Part shown: in pieces, positions 1 through 8,991 of the stretch
How the letters are laid out: each line of letters opens with the position of its first letter
How positions within the stretch are numbered: position 1 is the stretch's first letter
NCBI GenBank assembly: GCA_964466035.1
Contig: CAYXLR010000006.1
Coordinates: 28,918 to 92,917, forward strand
Direction: 5' to 3'
Length of the DNA stretch: 64,000 bases
From: an uncultured Thermotogae bacterium
Lineage (GTDB): Bacteria > Bipolaricaulota > Bipolaricaulia > UBA7950 > UBA9294
Notes under the pieces: model-generated
The model's input: only the letters and a program-made list of their open reading frames with translations
Told to the model about the DNA's origin: nothing
Database searches by the model: none
Position numbers and translations under genes: made by a program

Positions 1-678
1 GCGCTGACGTCCCCGCTGGCGATCGGCCTGCTGATCACCGCGGGCCTCCTCGGATTAATCGTCGAAATGCTCGTCCCCGGCTTCGGGATTCCCGGCCTCA
101 TCGGGATCACCTGCCTCGGCGTCTTCTTCTGGACGCACTTCCTCGTCGGCCTCGCCGGCTGGGAGTCGATCGCGTTTCTGCTCGGCGGGATCGTCGCCGT
201 CGTGCTCGAGATCTTCGCGTTCACCGCGGTCGACTTCGGACTGAGCGGACTGCTCGGCCTGATCCTGATCGGCCTCGGCTTCTACACCGCGATGGTCGGC
301 CCGTTCACGGCGCGCGAGCAGATCGTGCAAGCGATCGCCATCGTCTCCGGTGGGCTGATCGTCTCCGTCGCATCGGCGATCATTCTGCTGACTCGGCTTC
401 CGCGCACGCGCCTCCGCCTCGGGGGGATCATCCTCTCGTCGGCAATCACAGGGCGTTCGCACGAGAAAGCCCAGGACGCTCCCACCTCCACCAGCACTTG
501 GGTCGGTCGGCAGGGCGTCGCCGCGACCGACCTTCGTCCCGTCGGCGGCGGGATCTTCGATGAAGAGCGAATCGACGTCGTCTGCGAGGAGGGATTCCTC
601 CCGAAGGGAGCACCGATCGTCGTGATCCAGGACGACCTGTACCGCAAGGTCGTTCGACGTACGGAGAAGGAGGCTTGA
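1..678 (+). CDS. nfeD: NfeD-family membrane protein (YqeZ-like), 5' end outside window
   Basis: Frame is open from base 1; hydrophobic helices with [12 protein letters not shown] motif; C-terminal OB-like NfeD domain ([14 protein letters not shown]...[10 protein letters not shown]); directly upstream of floA. Confidence 0.9.
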   Translation, partial: ALTSPLAIGLLITAGLLGLIVEMLVPGFGIPGLIGITCLGVFFWTHFLVGLAGWESIAFLLGGIVAVVLEIFAFTAVDFGLSGLLGLILIGLGFYTAMVGPFTAREQIVQAIAIVSGGLIVSVASAIILLTRLPRTRLRLGGIILSSAITGRSHEKAQDAPTSTSTWVGRQGVAATDLRPVGGGIFDEERIDVVCEEGFLPKGAPIVVIQDDLYRKVVRRTEKEA

Positions 679-680
679 AC

Positions 681-1667
681 ATGACCGGTTACATCGTGTT
701 GGCAGTCGCAGTGGTACTGCTCCTGTGGTTGTTCTTCTATTTCGTCCCGATGGGGCTTTGGATCTCCGCCCTCGCCGCCGGCGTTCCGGTCGGCCCGATG
801 ACGCTGATCGGCATGCGGCTGCGAAAGGTCAATCCGCACCGCGTGATTCTCCCGATGATCGCCGCGTGGAAGGCGGGGCTGCAGCTGTCAATATCTGATC
901 TAGAAGCGCACTACCTCGCTGGGGGGAACGTCGACCGCGTCGCACGCGCCCTGATCAGTGCCGACAAGGCGAACATCGCCCTCGACTTCCAGCGGGCAGC
1001 GGCGATCGACCTCGCGGGGCGCGACGTCCTCGACGCCGTGGCGATGTCGGTTAACCCACGCGTCATCGAGACGCCGAAAGTCGGTGCCGTCGCCGCGAAC
1101 GGGATCCAGCTGTTCGCGATCGCCAAGGTGACCGTGCGAGCGAACATCGATCGGCTCGTCGGCGGCGCGACGGAAGAGACGATCATCGCCCGCGTCGGCG
1201 AGGGAATCGTTTCCGCGATCGGCTCGGCCGGATCGCACAAGGAGGTCCTCGAGAACCCGGACAAGATCTCCAAACTCGTACTGGAGAAGGGCCTCGACGC
1301 GGGGACCGCGTTCGAGCTCCTGTCGATCGACATCGCCGACGTCGACGTCGGGAAGAACATCGGTGCACAGCTGCAGACCGATCAGGCCGAGGCCGACCTG
1401 AAGGTCGCCCGCGCCAAGGCCGAGGAGCGGCGCGCGATGGCCGTCGCCCGCGAGCAGGAGATGACCGCCCTGGTCCAGGAGCGCCGCGCCGCCGTCGTCG
1501 AAGCGGAGGCCGAGATTCCGCGCGCAATGGCCGACGCGTTTCGTGAAGGGAACCTCGGGATCATGGACTACTACCGGATGAAGAACGTCCAGGCCGACAC
1601 GAAGATGCGCGAGGGATTCGCCGGCGGAGATCAACCCCCGTCGCAGGGCCGGATCGAGGGGGAGTAG
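681..1667 (+). CDS. floA: Flotillin-like protein FloA (YqfA/SPFH family)
   Basis: Characteristic motifs [67 protein letters not shown]; ATG at 681 after GGAGG. Confidence 0.95.
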   Translation: MTGYIVLAVAVVLLLWLFFYFVPMGLWISALAAGVPVGPMTLIGMRLRKVNPHRVILPMIAAWKAGLQLSISDLEAHYLAGGNVDRVARALISADKANIALDFQRAAAIDLAGRDVLDAVAMSVNPRVIETPKVGAVAANGIQLFAIAKVTVRANIDRLVGGATEETIIARVGEGIVSAIGSAGSHKEVLENPDKISKLVLEKGLDAGTAFELLSIDIADVDVGKNIGAQLQTDQAEADLKVARAKAEERRAMAVAREQEMTALVQERRAAVVEAEAEIPRAMADAFREGNLGIMDYYRMKNVQADTKMREGFAGGDQPPSQGRIEGE

Positions 1668-1799
1668 ATGCCTGCCCCGGCCTCGCCGCTCGAACGGCTT
1701 CGAAAGCTCGTGAAGGAGGACCCGCGCTCGGCGGTTCTCCTCCACGAGATCCTCGGCCCTCCTCCGGGACTGCGGAAGCCCGGAGCCCCCGGCGACTGA
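1668..1799 (+). CDS. 43-aa small protein, YqfB-like C-terminal motif (not in supplied ORF track)
   Basis: ATG immediately follows floA stop (TAG-ATG) with GAGGGGGAG upstream; MPAPASPLERLRKLVKEDPRSAVLLHEILGPPPGLRKPGAPGD contains the A-x-x-x-x-EILGPP motif I recall from proteins encoded after floA. Confidence 0.65.
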   Translation: MPAPASPLERLRKLVKEDPRSAVLLHEILGPPPGLRKPGAPGD

Positions 1800-1857
1800 T
1801 CCCTTCGGAAGGACCGAAGGCCGCGGCGATCGCGGCGCGGAGCGATCCGCCGCTCGT

Positions 1858-1886
1858 TTGGCAGAGACGACCCGTCTCACTAGAAT
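1858..1886 (+). promoter_or_regulatory. sigma70-type promoter, near-leaderless, for CDP-alcohol phosphatidyltransferase
   Basis: TTGGCA-17 nt-TAGAAT, 9 nt before the GTG at 1896, no Shine-Dalgarno. Confidence 0.6.
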
Positions 1887-1895
1887 AGACGTCCG

Positions 1896-2414
1896 GTGAG
1901 GCTGGTGAAAAGGATCCCTGACTTCCTTACGATGTCACGAGGGTTGATCGCCGCGGCGATCTTCTCCCTCGGCTTCATCGGAGAGGGCGCTCTGGAGGCG
2001 GTCATCCTCCTGACGATGCTCGGTTGGACAACCGACATCCTCGACGGACGCCTGGCGCGCAAGTACAACAAGCCGCCGACGTGGGTCGGGGAGAAGGAAT
2101 TCGCCTTCGACATGGCGATGGTCTTCTCCGGCCTCTGCTACCTCGTCCTGTCCGGGTTCATCCCGTTCGTCCCGGCGATCGTTTACGTCATGGTCGCCGC
2201 GGCGTTCATCGCCTACTTCCGGTCGAAGATGGTGACGATGTCGTTCGCGACCCCGGCCGTCGCGCTTCCCTTGGTCGTCGCGTACTTCGAGGCGCCCCAC
2301 GCCCTGATCTGGTACGTCGTCTGGATCGTCGGAGCGCTCGTCTTCGACTGGCGACGCTTCAGCGGGGTCGTGCGGGAGTTCATCCACAACGCCAAGAACC
2401 TGTCCCAGCGCTAG
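1896..2414 (+). CDS. CDP-alcohol phosphatidyltransferase family protein
   Basis: [12 protein letters not shown] motif (D-x-x-DG-x-x-AR) in a multi-TM protein. Confidence 0.8.
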   Translation: MRLVKRIPDFLTMSRGLIAAAIFSLGFIGEGALEAVILLTMLGWTTDILDGRLARKYNKPPTWVGEKEFAFDMAMVFSGLCYLVLSGFIPFVPAIVYVMVAAAFIAYFRSKMVTMSFATPAVALPLVVAYFEAPHALIWYVVWIVGALVFDWRRFSGVVREFIHNAKNLSQR

Positions 2415-3418
2415 AACAGCCGATCCGGCCTCTCCTGTCCGAGGTAGCTCAACGCACGCTCGGTGGCGATCCGCCCTTGCGGCGTCCGCTGGATCAGCCC
2501 TTCCTGCAGGAGGAACGGCTCGACGATGTCGGTGATCGTGTCCTTCTCCTCCGACAGCGCCGCGGCGAGCGTGTCGAGGCCGACCGGCCCTCCGGCGAAC
2601 TTGTCGACCAGAGCCACCAGAACGGCCCGATCGAGCTCGTCGAGCCCCCGTTCGTCGATCCGGAGCATCTCCAGCGACCGGCGCGCGATCCCGGCGTCGA
2701 TCGCCCCTTCCCCCTCCACCTCGGCGAAGTCGCGGGTCCGGCGGAGGAGTCGATTGGCGATCCTCGGTGTGCCGCGTGCCCGCTTGGCGATCTCCTCCGC
2801 CCCGTCGTCCGACACGCCGATCCCGAGGATGCGACCGGTGCGGACGACGACCGTCTTCAGGTCCTCGACCGAGTAGAACCCAACCCGGAACTTGACCTCG
2901 AACCGGTCGCGCATCGGGGCCGAGATGAGTCCGGCTCTCGTCGTCGCGCCGACCAGGGTGAACGGGGGGAGATCGATCCGGAGCGACTGCGCGTTCGGCC
3001 CCTCGCCGAGGATGATGTCGATCTTGTAGTCCTCCATCGCCGGGTAGAGGATCTCCTCGACGTTTCGCCGGAGCCGGTGGACCTCGTCGATGAAGAAGAC
3101 GTCGTGCGGTTTGAGGTTCGTCAGGATCGCCGCCAGGTCGCCCGCCTTCTCGATCGCCGGGCCGGAGCTGATCCGGATGTCGACCCCCATCTCCGCGGCG
3201 ATGATCTGGGCGAGCGTCGTCTTCCCGAGGCCGGGTGGGCCGTGCAGCAGGACGTGATCGAGCGACTCGCCGCGTTTCTTCGCCGCGGCGATGTAGACGC
3301 GCAGCTTCTCCTTGATCTCGCGTTGGTTGATGTACTCGTCGAGCGACGACGGTCGCAGGCTGACGAGGGTGGCGTCGTCCTCCTCCAGTCGAGTCCCGGC
3401 GATCCGTTCCGACCTCAT
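2411..3418 (-). CDS. ruvB: Holliday junction branch migration helicase RuvB
   Basis: [13 protein letters not shown], Walker [52 protein letters not shown]; start set at ATG 3418. Confidence 0.97.
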   Translation of the reverse strand: MRSERIAGTRLEEDDATLVSLRPSSLDEYINQREIKEKLRVYIAAAKKRGESLDHVLLHGPPGLGKTTLAQIIAAEMGVDIRISSGPAIEKAGDLAAILTNLKPHDVFFIDEVHRLRRNVEEILYPAMEDYKIDIILGEGPNAQSLRIDLPPFTLVGATTRAGLISAPMRDRFEVKFRVGFYSVEDLKTVVVRTGRILGIGVSDDGAEEIAKRARGTPRIANRLLRRTRDFAEVEGEGAIDAGIARRSLEMLRIDERGLDELDRAVLVALVDKFAGGPVGLDTLAAALSEEKDTITDIVEPFLLQEGLIQRTPQGRIATERALSYLGQERPDRLF

Positions 3419-3518
3419 GTCGGCGCCATTGTACCGGTCGCCTGCGCCCCGCTCCAATCCGCGGCGCCCTTCCTGTCTCGATCGACGGCGATGGTGTACC
3501 ATCCGCCGCGGGGCGCAC

Positions 3519-4454
3519 ATGACAGACGCGACGGTCGTCAGCATCGGGACGTTCGACGGGATCCACCTCGGCCATCAGGCGATCCTGGCCGAGGTCCGGC
3601 ACCAGGCCGACCGTCGCGGCGTCCCGAGCGTGGCCTACGCGTTCGGCCGGCCGCCGCGGCTGCAAGCCGGCGGCGGCGCCGGGCGAAGCCTCCTCCTCCC
3701 CGAACCGATCAAGACCCACATGCTCCTCCGGTCGGTGGACCGGGTCGTCCGCGCCTCGTTCTCCGAGATCCGCACGCTCGCCCCGGACGCGTTCGCCGAG
3801 CAGATCCTCGGCGAGCGGCTGCGCGCGACGTCCGTCGTCGTCGGCCCGTCGTTCCGGTTCGGTGCCGAGCGCGCGGGAGACCCGGCCGCCCTTCGATCCC
3901 TCGGCCGACGTCTCGGCTTTTCGGTGACCGTCGTCCCGCCGGTCCTCGTCGACGGCGAGCCGGTCAACAGCACGCGGATCCGTTCCCTCCTCTCCGAAGG
4001 CGATGTCGCCGGCGCCGCCGCGCTCCTCGGGCGGTTCCCCGTTCTCGTCGGCGACGTGGAGATCGGCGATCGGGTCGGCCGAACCCTCGGATACCCGACG
4101 GCGAACCTCGCGATTGACCCGCACGTTCTCCTCCCGGCCCACGGCGTCTACGCCGCCAGCGCGTTCGTCGGGAATCCCCCGGGTCCGATTCCCCATCCCG
4201 GCCTCCTCTACGTCGGCACGCGCCCGACGCTCGGCCTCAAGGGCGGAGCGCCGCGTTGCGAAGTGCACTTGCTCGCCGCGGCGGAGGGCGAGCTGTACGG
4301 GGAGAGGATCGAGGTCCATCTGCGCGAGCGTCTTCGGGGGGATCGAACCTTCCCGTCCCTCGAACAGCTCCGCCTTCAGATCGAGCGGGACGCCAACCGG
4401 GCAAGGGAGGTCCTCGCTCGGTTTCCCGATCCTTCCGCACCGATCGGCGGTTGA
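3519..4454 (+). CDS. ribF: Bifunctional riboflavin kinase/FAD synthetase
   Basis: [57 protein letters not shown]. Confidence 0.93.
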   Translation: MTDATVVSIGTFDGIHLGHQAILAEVRHQADRRGVPSVAYAFGRPPRLQAGGGAGRSLLLPEPIKTHMLLRSVDRVVRASFSEIRTLAPDAFAEQILGERLRATSVVVGPSFRFGAERAGDPAALRSLGRRLGFSVTVVPPVLVDGEPVNSTRIRSLLSEGDVAGAAALLGRFPVLVGDVEIGDRVGRTLGYPTANLAIDPHVLLPAHGVYAASAFVGNPPGPIPHPGLLYVGTRPTLGLKGGAPRCEVHLLAAAEGELYGERIEVHLRERLRGDRTFPSLEQLRLQIERDANRAREVLARFPDPSAPIGG

Positions 4455-4479
4455 AAACGGAACTTCGCTCACCTACCAT
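4451..4479 (+). promoter_or_regulatory. sigma70-type promoter, near-leaderless, for tsaB
   Basis: TTGAAA-17 nt-TACCAT, 9 nt before ATG 4489, no SD. Confidence 0.6.
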
Positions 4480-4488
4480 CTCCCAGGC

Positions 4489-5133
4489 ATGTTGGCGCTG
4501 GGAGTCGATACATCCGAGCCGCTCGGCGGCGTCGCCCTCTACGACGGACGCGGCCTCGCCGACGAGCGCTGGATGGACGAGCCCCTACGTCATGCCGAGC
4601 GGCTGTTTCCGCTGATCGAGGGGGCCCTGAGGGGGAACGGCGTGAGCAGAGATCGAGTCGGGTCGGTGTGCGTCAACCTCGGCCCCGGATCGTTTACCGG
4701 TCTGCGGATCGGGCTCGCCGCGGCCAAGGGCTTCTGCCAGGCCGTCGGTGCCGCGCTGATCGGCGTCGACGGCGCGGACGCGTACCGAGCGCGGATCGCC
4801 GACGCGAAGCGGGTCTGCGTGATCGTGGCCAGTCGGCGCGACCTGTACTACGCGCAGTTCTTCAGCGGCGCGCGCCCGCGAGGACCGATGCGGCTGATCC
4901 GCGAATCGGAGCTTCTGGAGGCCTTGCGGGACGAGGAGCGAGAGGTGACCCTCGTCGGAAGCGGCGCCCCGAAGATCGGCGGCGCACTGCGGGGGCATCC
5001 GATGATTCGGATCGCTCCGGAGGAGGCGAATCGACCGTCTCCCCTGGCGATCGCCAAGCTGGGTTGGAACGAGGAACCGGCCGACCGGCTGTACGAGGTC
5101 GAGCCGTTATACGTAGAGCCCCTCCTCGCCTGA
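4489..5133 (+). CDS. tsaB: tRNA threonylcarbamoyladenosine biosynthesis protein TsaB
   Basis: MLALGVDTS, HAERLFPLI, GPGSFTGLRIG, EPLYV. Confidence 0.92.
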   Translation: MLALGVDTSEPLGGVALYDGRGLADERWMDEPLRHAERLFPLIEGALRGNGVSRDRVGSVCVNLGPGSFTGLRIGLAAAKGFCQAVGAALIGVDGADAYRARIADAKRVCVIVASRRDLYYAQFFSGARPRGPMRLIRESELLEALRDEEREVTLVGSGAPKIGGALRGHPMIRIAPEEANRPSPLAIAKLGWNEEPADRLYEVEPLYVEPLLA

Positions 5134-5161
5134 GGAGGCGTCTGCTGAGGTGATAAGGAAC

Positions 5162-5353
5162 ATGTCGAGAATCTGCGAAGTCTGCGGCAAGAAACCGGCC
5201 GCCGGCAACACGGTCAGCCACTCGAATCGCCGCACCCGGCGGGTGCGCGCCCCGAACATCCAGCGCGTCCACGCCATCGTCGGCGGGAAGAAGAAGTGGA
5301 TCCACGCCTGTACCCGGTGCATCAAATCGGGCCGGGTCGTCAAGGCGGCGTGA
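5162..5353 (+). CDS. rpmB: 50S ribosomal protein L28 (Zn-ribbon form)
   Basis: MSRICEVCGK..GNTVSHSNRRTRR..PNIQ..CTRCIKSG. Confidence 0.97.
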   Translation: MSRICEVCGKKPAAGNTVSHSNRRTRRVRAPNIQRVHAIVGGKKKWIHACTRCIKSGRVVKAA

Positions 5354-5847
5354 TCGATTCCGCGCCGAAGATCGGAGCGACGCATCCGACCATGCCCGAG
5401 AACGCGGTGAGCCCCACGTCGAACGAGGAACCCGAACTCGTCGGTGGCGAGATCGTCGGGATCGAGGAGAGCCGGATCCGCGTTCGCTTGGATTCGGGAA
5501 CGATCGGCTTCATCGAGCGGCCCGCGGACGGGAAGGCCGGGGAAATCCGGGTCGGGCAGCGCGCCAGCTTCCGCACCGTGACGTCCGATCCCGGCGGCCC
5601 GCCTCGCCTCGCCTTCGCCGAACGCGAGGACGCCCCGGCAGCGGAGGAGCCGTTCGACCGTGAGGTCGTCGAGCTGCACAACGCGCTGGCAAACCACCGC
5701 CCGTCGAACTCCGTCCGCCCCTTCGAGCGTGTCCATCTCGGCGAGGAGCAGATCCAAAACTGGACCGGTCGCGTCGAGGGGAGCCTTGGCCGCCTCCGGA
5801 AGAACCGGGCGAAGCGGCTGAACGAGGAGTTCTACACCGGCTCATAG
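5350..5847 (+). CDS. Hypothetical protein with degenerate S1/OB-like domain and basic helical tail (YabR/YugI-like)
   Basis: GTG overlaps rpmB stop; VGGEIVGIEESRIRVRLDSGTIGFI..EIRVGQRASF resembles an S1 domain; C-terminal EEQIQNWTGRVEGSLGRLRKNRAKR resembles the YabR/YugI tail; start codon uncertain. Confidence 0.55.
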   Translation: MIDSAPKIGATHPTMPENAVSPTSNEEPELVGGEIVGIEESRIRVRLDSGTIGFIERPADGKAGEIRVGQRASFRTVTSDPGGPPRLAFAEREDAPAAEEPFDREVVELHNALANHRPSNSVRPFERVHLGEEQIQNWTGRVEGSLGRLRKNRAKRLNEEFYTGS

Positions 5848-5859
5848 AGGGAGGTTCTC

Positions 5860-6084
5860 ATGCCGAGAGGTGCGGTCGTCGTCGACGCCGAGCGATGCAA
5901 GGGATGCGGTCTCTGCATCGCCGCCTGTCCCCAGCAGGTCCTCGCCTTTTCCGGGTCGCTGAACAAGAGCGGGTACAACGTCGTTCACGTGGAGCGCCCC
6001 GAGGCCTGTATCGGATGCGGATTCTGCGCGATGACCTGTCCCGACATCGCCATCGAGGTCTACCGGGAGAAGGTCCGAAGCTAA
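5860..6084 (+). CDS. 2-oxoacid:ferredoxin oxidoreductase delta subunit (2x[4Fe-4S] ferredoxin)
   Basis: CKGCGLCIAACP and CIGCGFCAMTCP motifs; first gene of the oxidoreductase operon. Confidence 0.9.
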   Translation: MPRGAVVVDAERCKGCGLCIAACPQQVLAFSGSLNKSGYNVVHVERPEACIGCGFCAMTCPDIAIEVYREKVRS

Positions 6085-6093
6085 GGAGGGGGA

Positions 6094-7149
6094 ATGGGTG
6101 AACGACTGTTGTTGCGCGGGAACGAGGTGATCGCCGAAGCGGCGATCCGCGCGGGGTGCCAATGCTACTTCGCGTATCCGATCACCCCGCAGGCGGAGCT
6201 CCTCGAGCACATGGCGCGCCACATGCCGCGCCTCGGCCGCACGTTCATCCAGGCCGAGAGCGAGATCGCCGCGATCAGCATGGTCTACGGAGCGGCGTCC
6301 ACCGGTGTGCGCACGTTGACCTCGTCCTCCTCGCCCGGAATCAGCCTCAAGCAGGAGGGGATCTCGTACCTCGCCGGGTCGAACCTTCCGGCGGTGATCG
6401 TCAACGTGGTGCGCGGCGGCCCCGGCCTGGGAAACATCGCGCCGTCGCAGTGCGACTACTTCCAGGCGACGCGGGGCGGCGGCCACGGGGACTACCGGAC
6501 GATCGTCCTCGGTCCGTCCACCGTCCCCGAGGCCGGCGAGCTGACGATGCTCGCGTTCGACCTCGCCGACAAGTACCGGACCCCGGTGGTGCTCCTCGCC
6601 GACGGGATGCTCGGTCAGATGATGGAGCCGGTCGAGCTGCCCGAGCCGGTCGACGTCGACGACCTCCCGGCGAAGGACTGGGCGACGACCGGCGCGGCGG
6701 GGCGCCCTCCGAACATCGTGCTCAGCTTCGACCTCGATCCGGAGAAACTGAAACAGATGAACCTCGCCCTCCAGGCGAAGTACCGGGAGATCGAGGCGAA
6801 CGAGGTCCGCTACGAGGAGAGCGACGCCGAGGACGCGGACATCGTGATCGCCGCCTACGGAACGATCGCCCGAATCGCGAAGAGCGTCGTGCGCATGGCC
6901 CGCGCCGAAGGGATCCGACTCGGCCTGTTCCGCCCGATCACGCTGTGGCCGTTTCCGTATGAACCGCTGCGAACGCTGGCCGACCGCGTCGACACCGTAC
7001 TGTCCGTCGAGATGAGCGCCGGCCAGATGTGGGAGGACGTCCGCCTGGCGGTGGCCGAGCGCGCCGCAACCCCGTTCTACGGGGAGCTCGGCGGCGTCGT
7101 CCCGACGCCGCGCGGGATCCTGAACGAGGTGAGAAAGCATGCCAGCTGA
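6094..7149 (+). CDS. 2-oxoacid:ferredoxin oxidoreductase alpha subunit (3-methyl-2-oxobutanoate dehydrogenase VorB-type)
   Basis: YFAYPITPQ, QAESEIAAISMVYGA, TSSSSPGISLKQE, RGGPGLGNI. Confidence 0.92.
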   Translation: MGERLLLRGNEVIAEAAIRAGCQCYFAYPITPQAELLEHMARHMPRLGRTFIQAESEIAAISMVYGAASTGVRTLTSSSSPGISLKQEGISYLAGSNLPAVIVNVVRGGPGLGNIAPSQCDYFQATRGGGHGDYRTIVLGPSTVPEAGELTMLAFDLADKYRTPVVLLADGMLGQMMEPVELPEPVDVDDLPAKDWATTGAAGRPPNIVLSFDLDPEKLKQMNLALQAKYREIEANEVRYEESDAEDADIVIAAYGTIARIAKSVVRMARAEGIRLGLFRPITLWPFPYEPLRTLADRVDTVLSVEMSAGQMWEDVRLAVAERAATPFYGELGGVVPTPRGILNEVRKHAS

Positions 7150-7897
7150 CATCGCGAACATGGTCAAGGTCTTCGAGAGGCCGAAGAGCCTCACGGACGC
7201 CCGATTCACCTACTGCCCGGGCTGCCATCACGGGATCATCACGCGAATCATCGGACAGGCGCTTGACGAGCTCGACATCGCCGAGCGGACGATCGGCATC
7301 GCGCCGGTCGGCTGCTCCGTCTTCGCCTACCTGTGGTACAAGTGCGACGCCCTCCAGGCCGCCCACGGGCGGGCGAGCGCGGTCGCGACCGGGGCGAAGC
7401 GGGCGCGCCCGGACCTGATCGTGTTCTCGTACCAGGGGGACGGGGATTTCGCGAGCATCGGCACCGCCGAGTCGATCCACGCCGCGAACCGCGGCGAGAA
7501 CATCACCGTCATCTTCGTGAACAACCAGATCTACGGCATGACCGGCGGGGAGCTCGCCCCGACGACGCTGGTCGGCCAGAAGACGACGACCACGCCGGAC
7601 GGCCGCGACCCGAAGCTGTTCGGGTATCCGATCCGGTTCTCGGAGATGATCGCTCAGCTCGACGCCCCGGCGTACGTCACCCGGCAGGCGCTGTACGACA
7701 CCAAACGCATCCACGACGCGACCGCGGCGATCAAGAAGGCGTTTCAGTACCAGGTGGAGGGGAAGGGGTACTCGCTCGTCGAGATGCTCTCGACCTGCCC
7801 GACGAACTGGCGGATGAGCCCGGTCCAGGCGAACGAGCACGTGGCGAACGTGGTGACCGAGGTCTTCCCGCTCGGCGACCTCATCGACAGGGGGTAG
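7139..7897 (+). CDS. 2-oxoacid:ferredoxin oxidoreductase beta subunit (TPP-binding)
   Basis: YCPGCHHG, PVGCS, HGRA, YQGDGDFASIG..NNQIYGMTGG TPP motif, CPTNW. Confidence 0.92.
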   Translation: MPADIANMVKVFERPKSLTDARFTYCPGCHHGIITRIIGQALDELDIAERTIGIAPVGCSVFAYLWYKCDALQAAHGRASAVATGAKRARPDLIVFSYQGDGDFASIGTAESIHAANRGENITVIFVNNQIYGMTGGELAPTTLVGQKTTTTPDGRDPKLFGYPIRFSEMIAQLDAPAYVTRQALYDTKRIHDATAAIKKAFQYQVEGKGYSLVEMLSTCPTNWRMSPVQANEHVANVVTEVFPLGDLIDRG

Positions 7898-7898
7898 G

Positions 7899-8435
7899 AT
7901 GGAACGTTCAGTCGTCATCGCAGGATTCGGCGGTCAGGGGGTCATCCTCGCCGGCAAGATCCTCGCCCAGGCCGGGATGGATCACGGGCTCGAAGTGACC
8001 TGGCTCCCGTCGTACGGGCCGGAGATGCGCGGCGGGACGGCGAACTGCACCGTCGTCCTGTCCGACGAGCCGGTCGGCTCCCCGATCGTCGACGATCCGT
8101 CGGCGCTCGTCGCCATGAACCGGCCGTCGCTCGACAAGTTCGAGCCGACCATCGCCGCCGGCGGCGCCGTCGTCGTCAACAGCTCGCTCGTCGATCGCAA
8201 GGCAAGCCGCGACGATCTCGACGTCCGCTATCTCCCGCTCAACGACCTCGCCGCGGAGGCGGGGAATCCGCGCACGATCAACATGGTCGCCCTGGGCGCG
8301 TACCTGAAGGCCACCGGGGTCATCCCGCTCGAGACCGCCCAACGGGCGATGGCCCGCATGCTCGAGGAGAGCGGGAAGGGACGATTCGTCGACGCGAACA
8401 ACAAGGCGCTCGAGGAGGGGTACCACGCCGCCTGA
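7899..8435 (+). CDS. 2-oxoacid:ferredoxin oxidoreductase gamma subunit
   Basis: [31 protein letters not shown]. Confidence 0.92.
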   Translation: MERSVVIAGFGGQGVILAGKILAQAGMDHGLEVTWLPSYGPEMRGGTANCTVVLSDEPVGSPIVDDPSALVAMNRPSLDKFEPTIAAGGAVVVNSSLVDRKASRDDLDVRYLPLNDLAAEAGNPRTINMVALGAYLKATGVIPLETAQRAMARMLEESGKGRFVDANNKALEEGYHAA

Positions 8436-8991
8436 ACCGATCCGCGCCGTCCGCCGGGAGAACGTCTTCCACGGACGGCTCCTGGACGTCTTCGTCGACA
8501 CGCTGGAACGCCCCGACGGCTCCCGCACGGCGCGGGAGATCGTCGCCCACCCCGGAGCCGCGGCGATCGTCCCCGTTCTGGCGGACGGGAAGGTCCTCCT
8601 CGTGAGACAGTATCGGCACGCCGTCGGATCGGATCTGTGGGAGATCCCGGCGGGGAAGATCGAGCCGGGCGAGGACGCGCTCGTCTGCGCCCGGCGCGAG
8701 CTCCAGGAAGAGACCGGGTACGCCGCCGAGACGTGGACCCGCGTTCTGTCGTTCTACACCTCCCCGGGCTTCTCGGACGAGCGGATCGTCCTGTTTCGCG
8801 CGTCCCGACTCCGACCGGTCGGGACGGCCGACCACGGCGAGATCGCCGAGCGGTGCGCCCGGTCGATCGACGGGATCGAGCGGATGATCCGTGCTTCTCA
8901 GATCACCGACGCGAAAACGATCCTCGCCGTCTCGTGGGTCTTCGGTCGGGCGAAGGAGACGCCGGATGCTCGGCCGACAGCCGCGCCGTAG
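8425..8991 (+). CDS. NUDIX hydrolase (ADP-ribose pyrophosphatase NudF-like), apparent ACG start
   Basis: Nudix box GKIEPGEDALVCARRELQEETGY; NudF-like N-terminus (VFHGRLLDV..REIVAHPGAAAIVP) lies upstream of the track's start at 8602; no ATG/GTG/TTG in frame between the stop at 8305-8307 and that region; ACG at 8425 is 6 nt after GGAGG. Confidence 0.85.
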   Translation, partial: TPPEPIRAVRRENVFHGRLLDVFVDTLERPDGSRTAREIVAHPGAAAIVPVLADGKVLLVRQYRHAVGSDLWEIPAGKIEPGEDALVCARRELQEETGYAAETWTRVLSFYTSPGFSDERIVLFRASRLRPVGTADHGEIAERCARSIDGIERMIRASQITDAKTILAVSWVFGRAKETPDARPTAAP

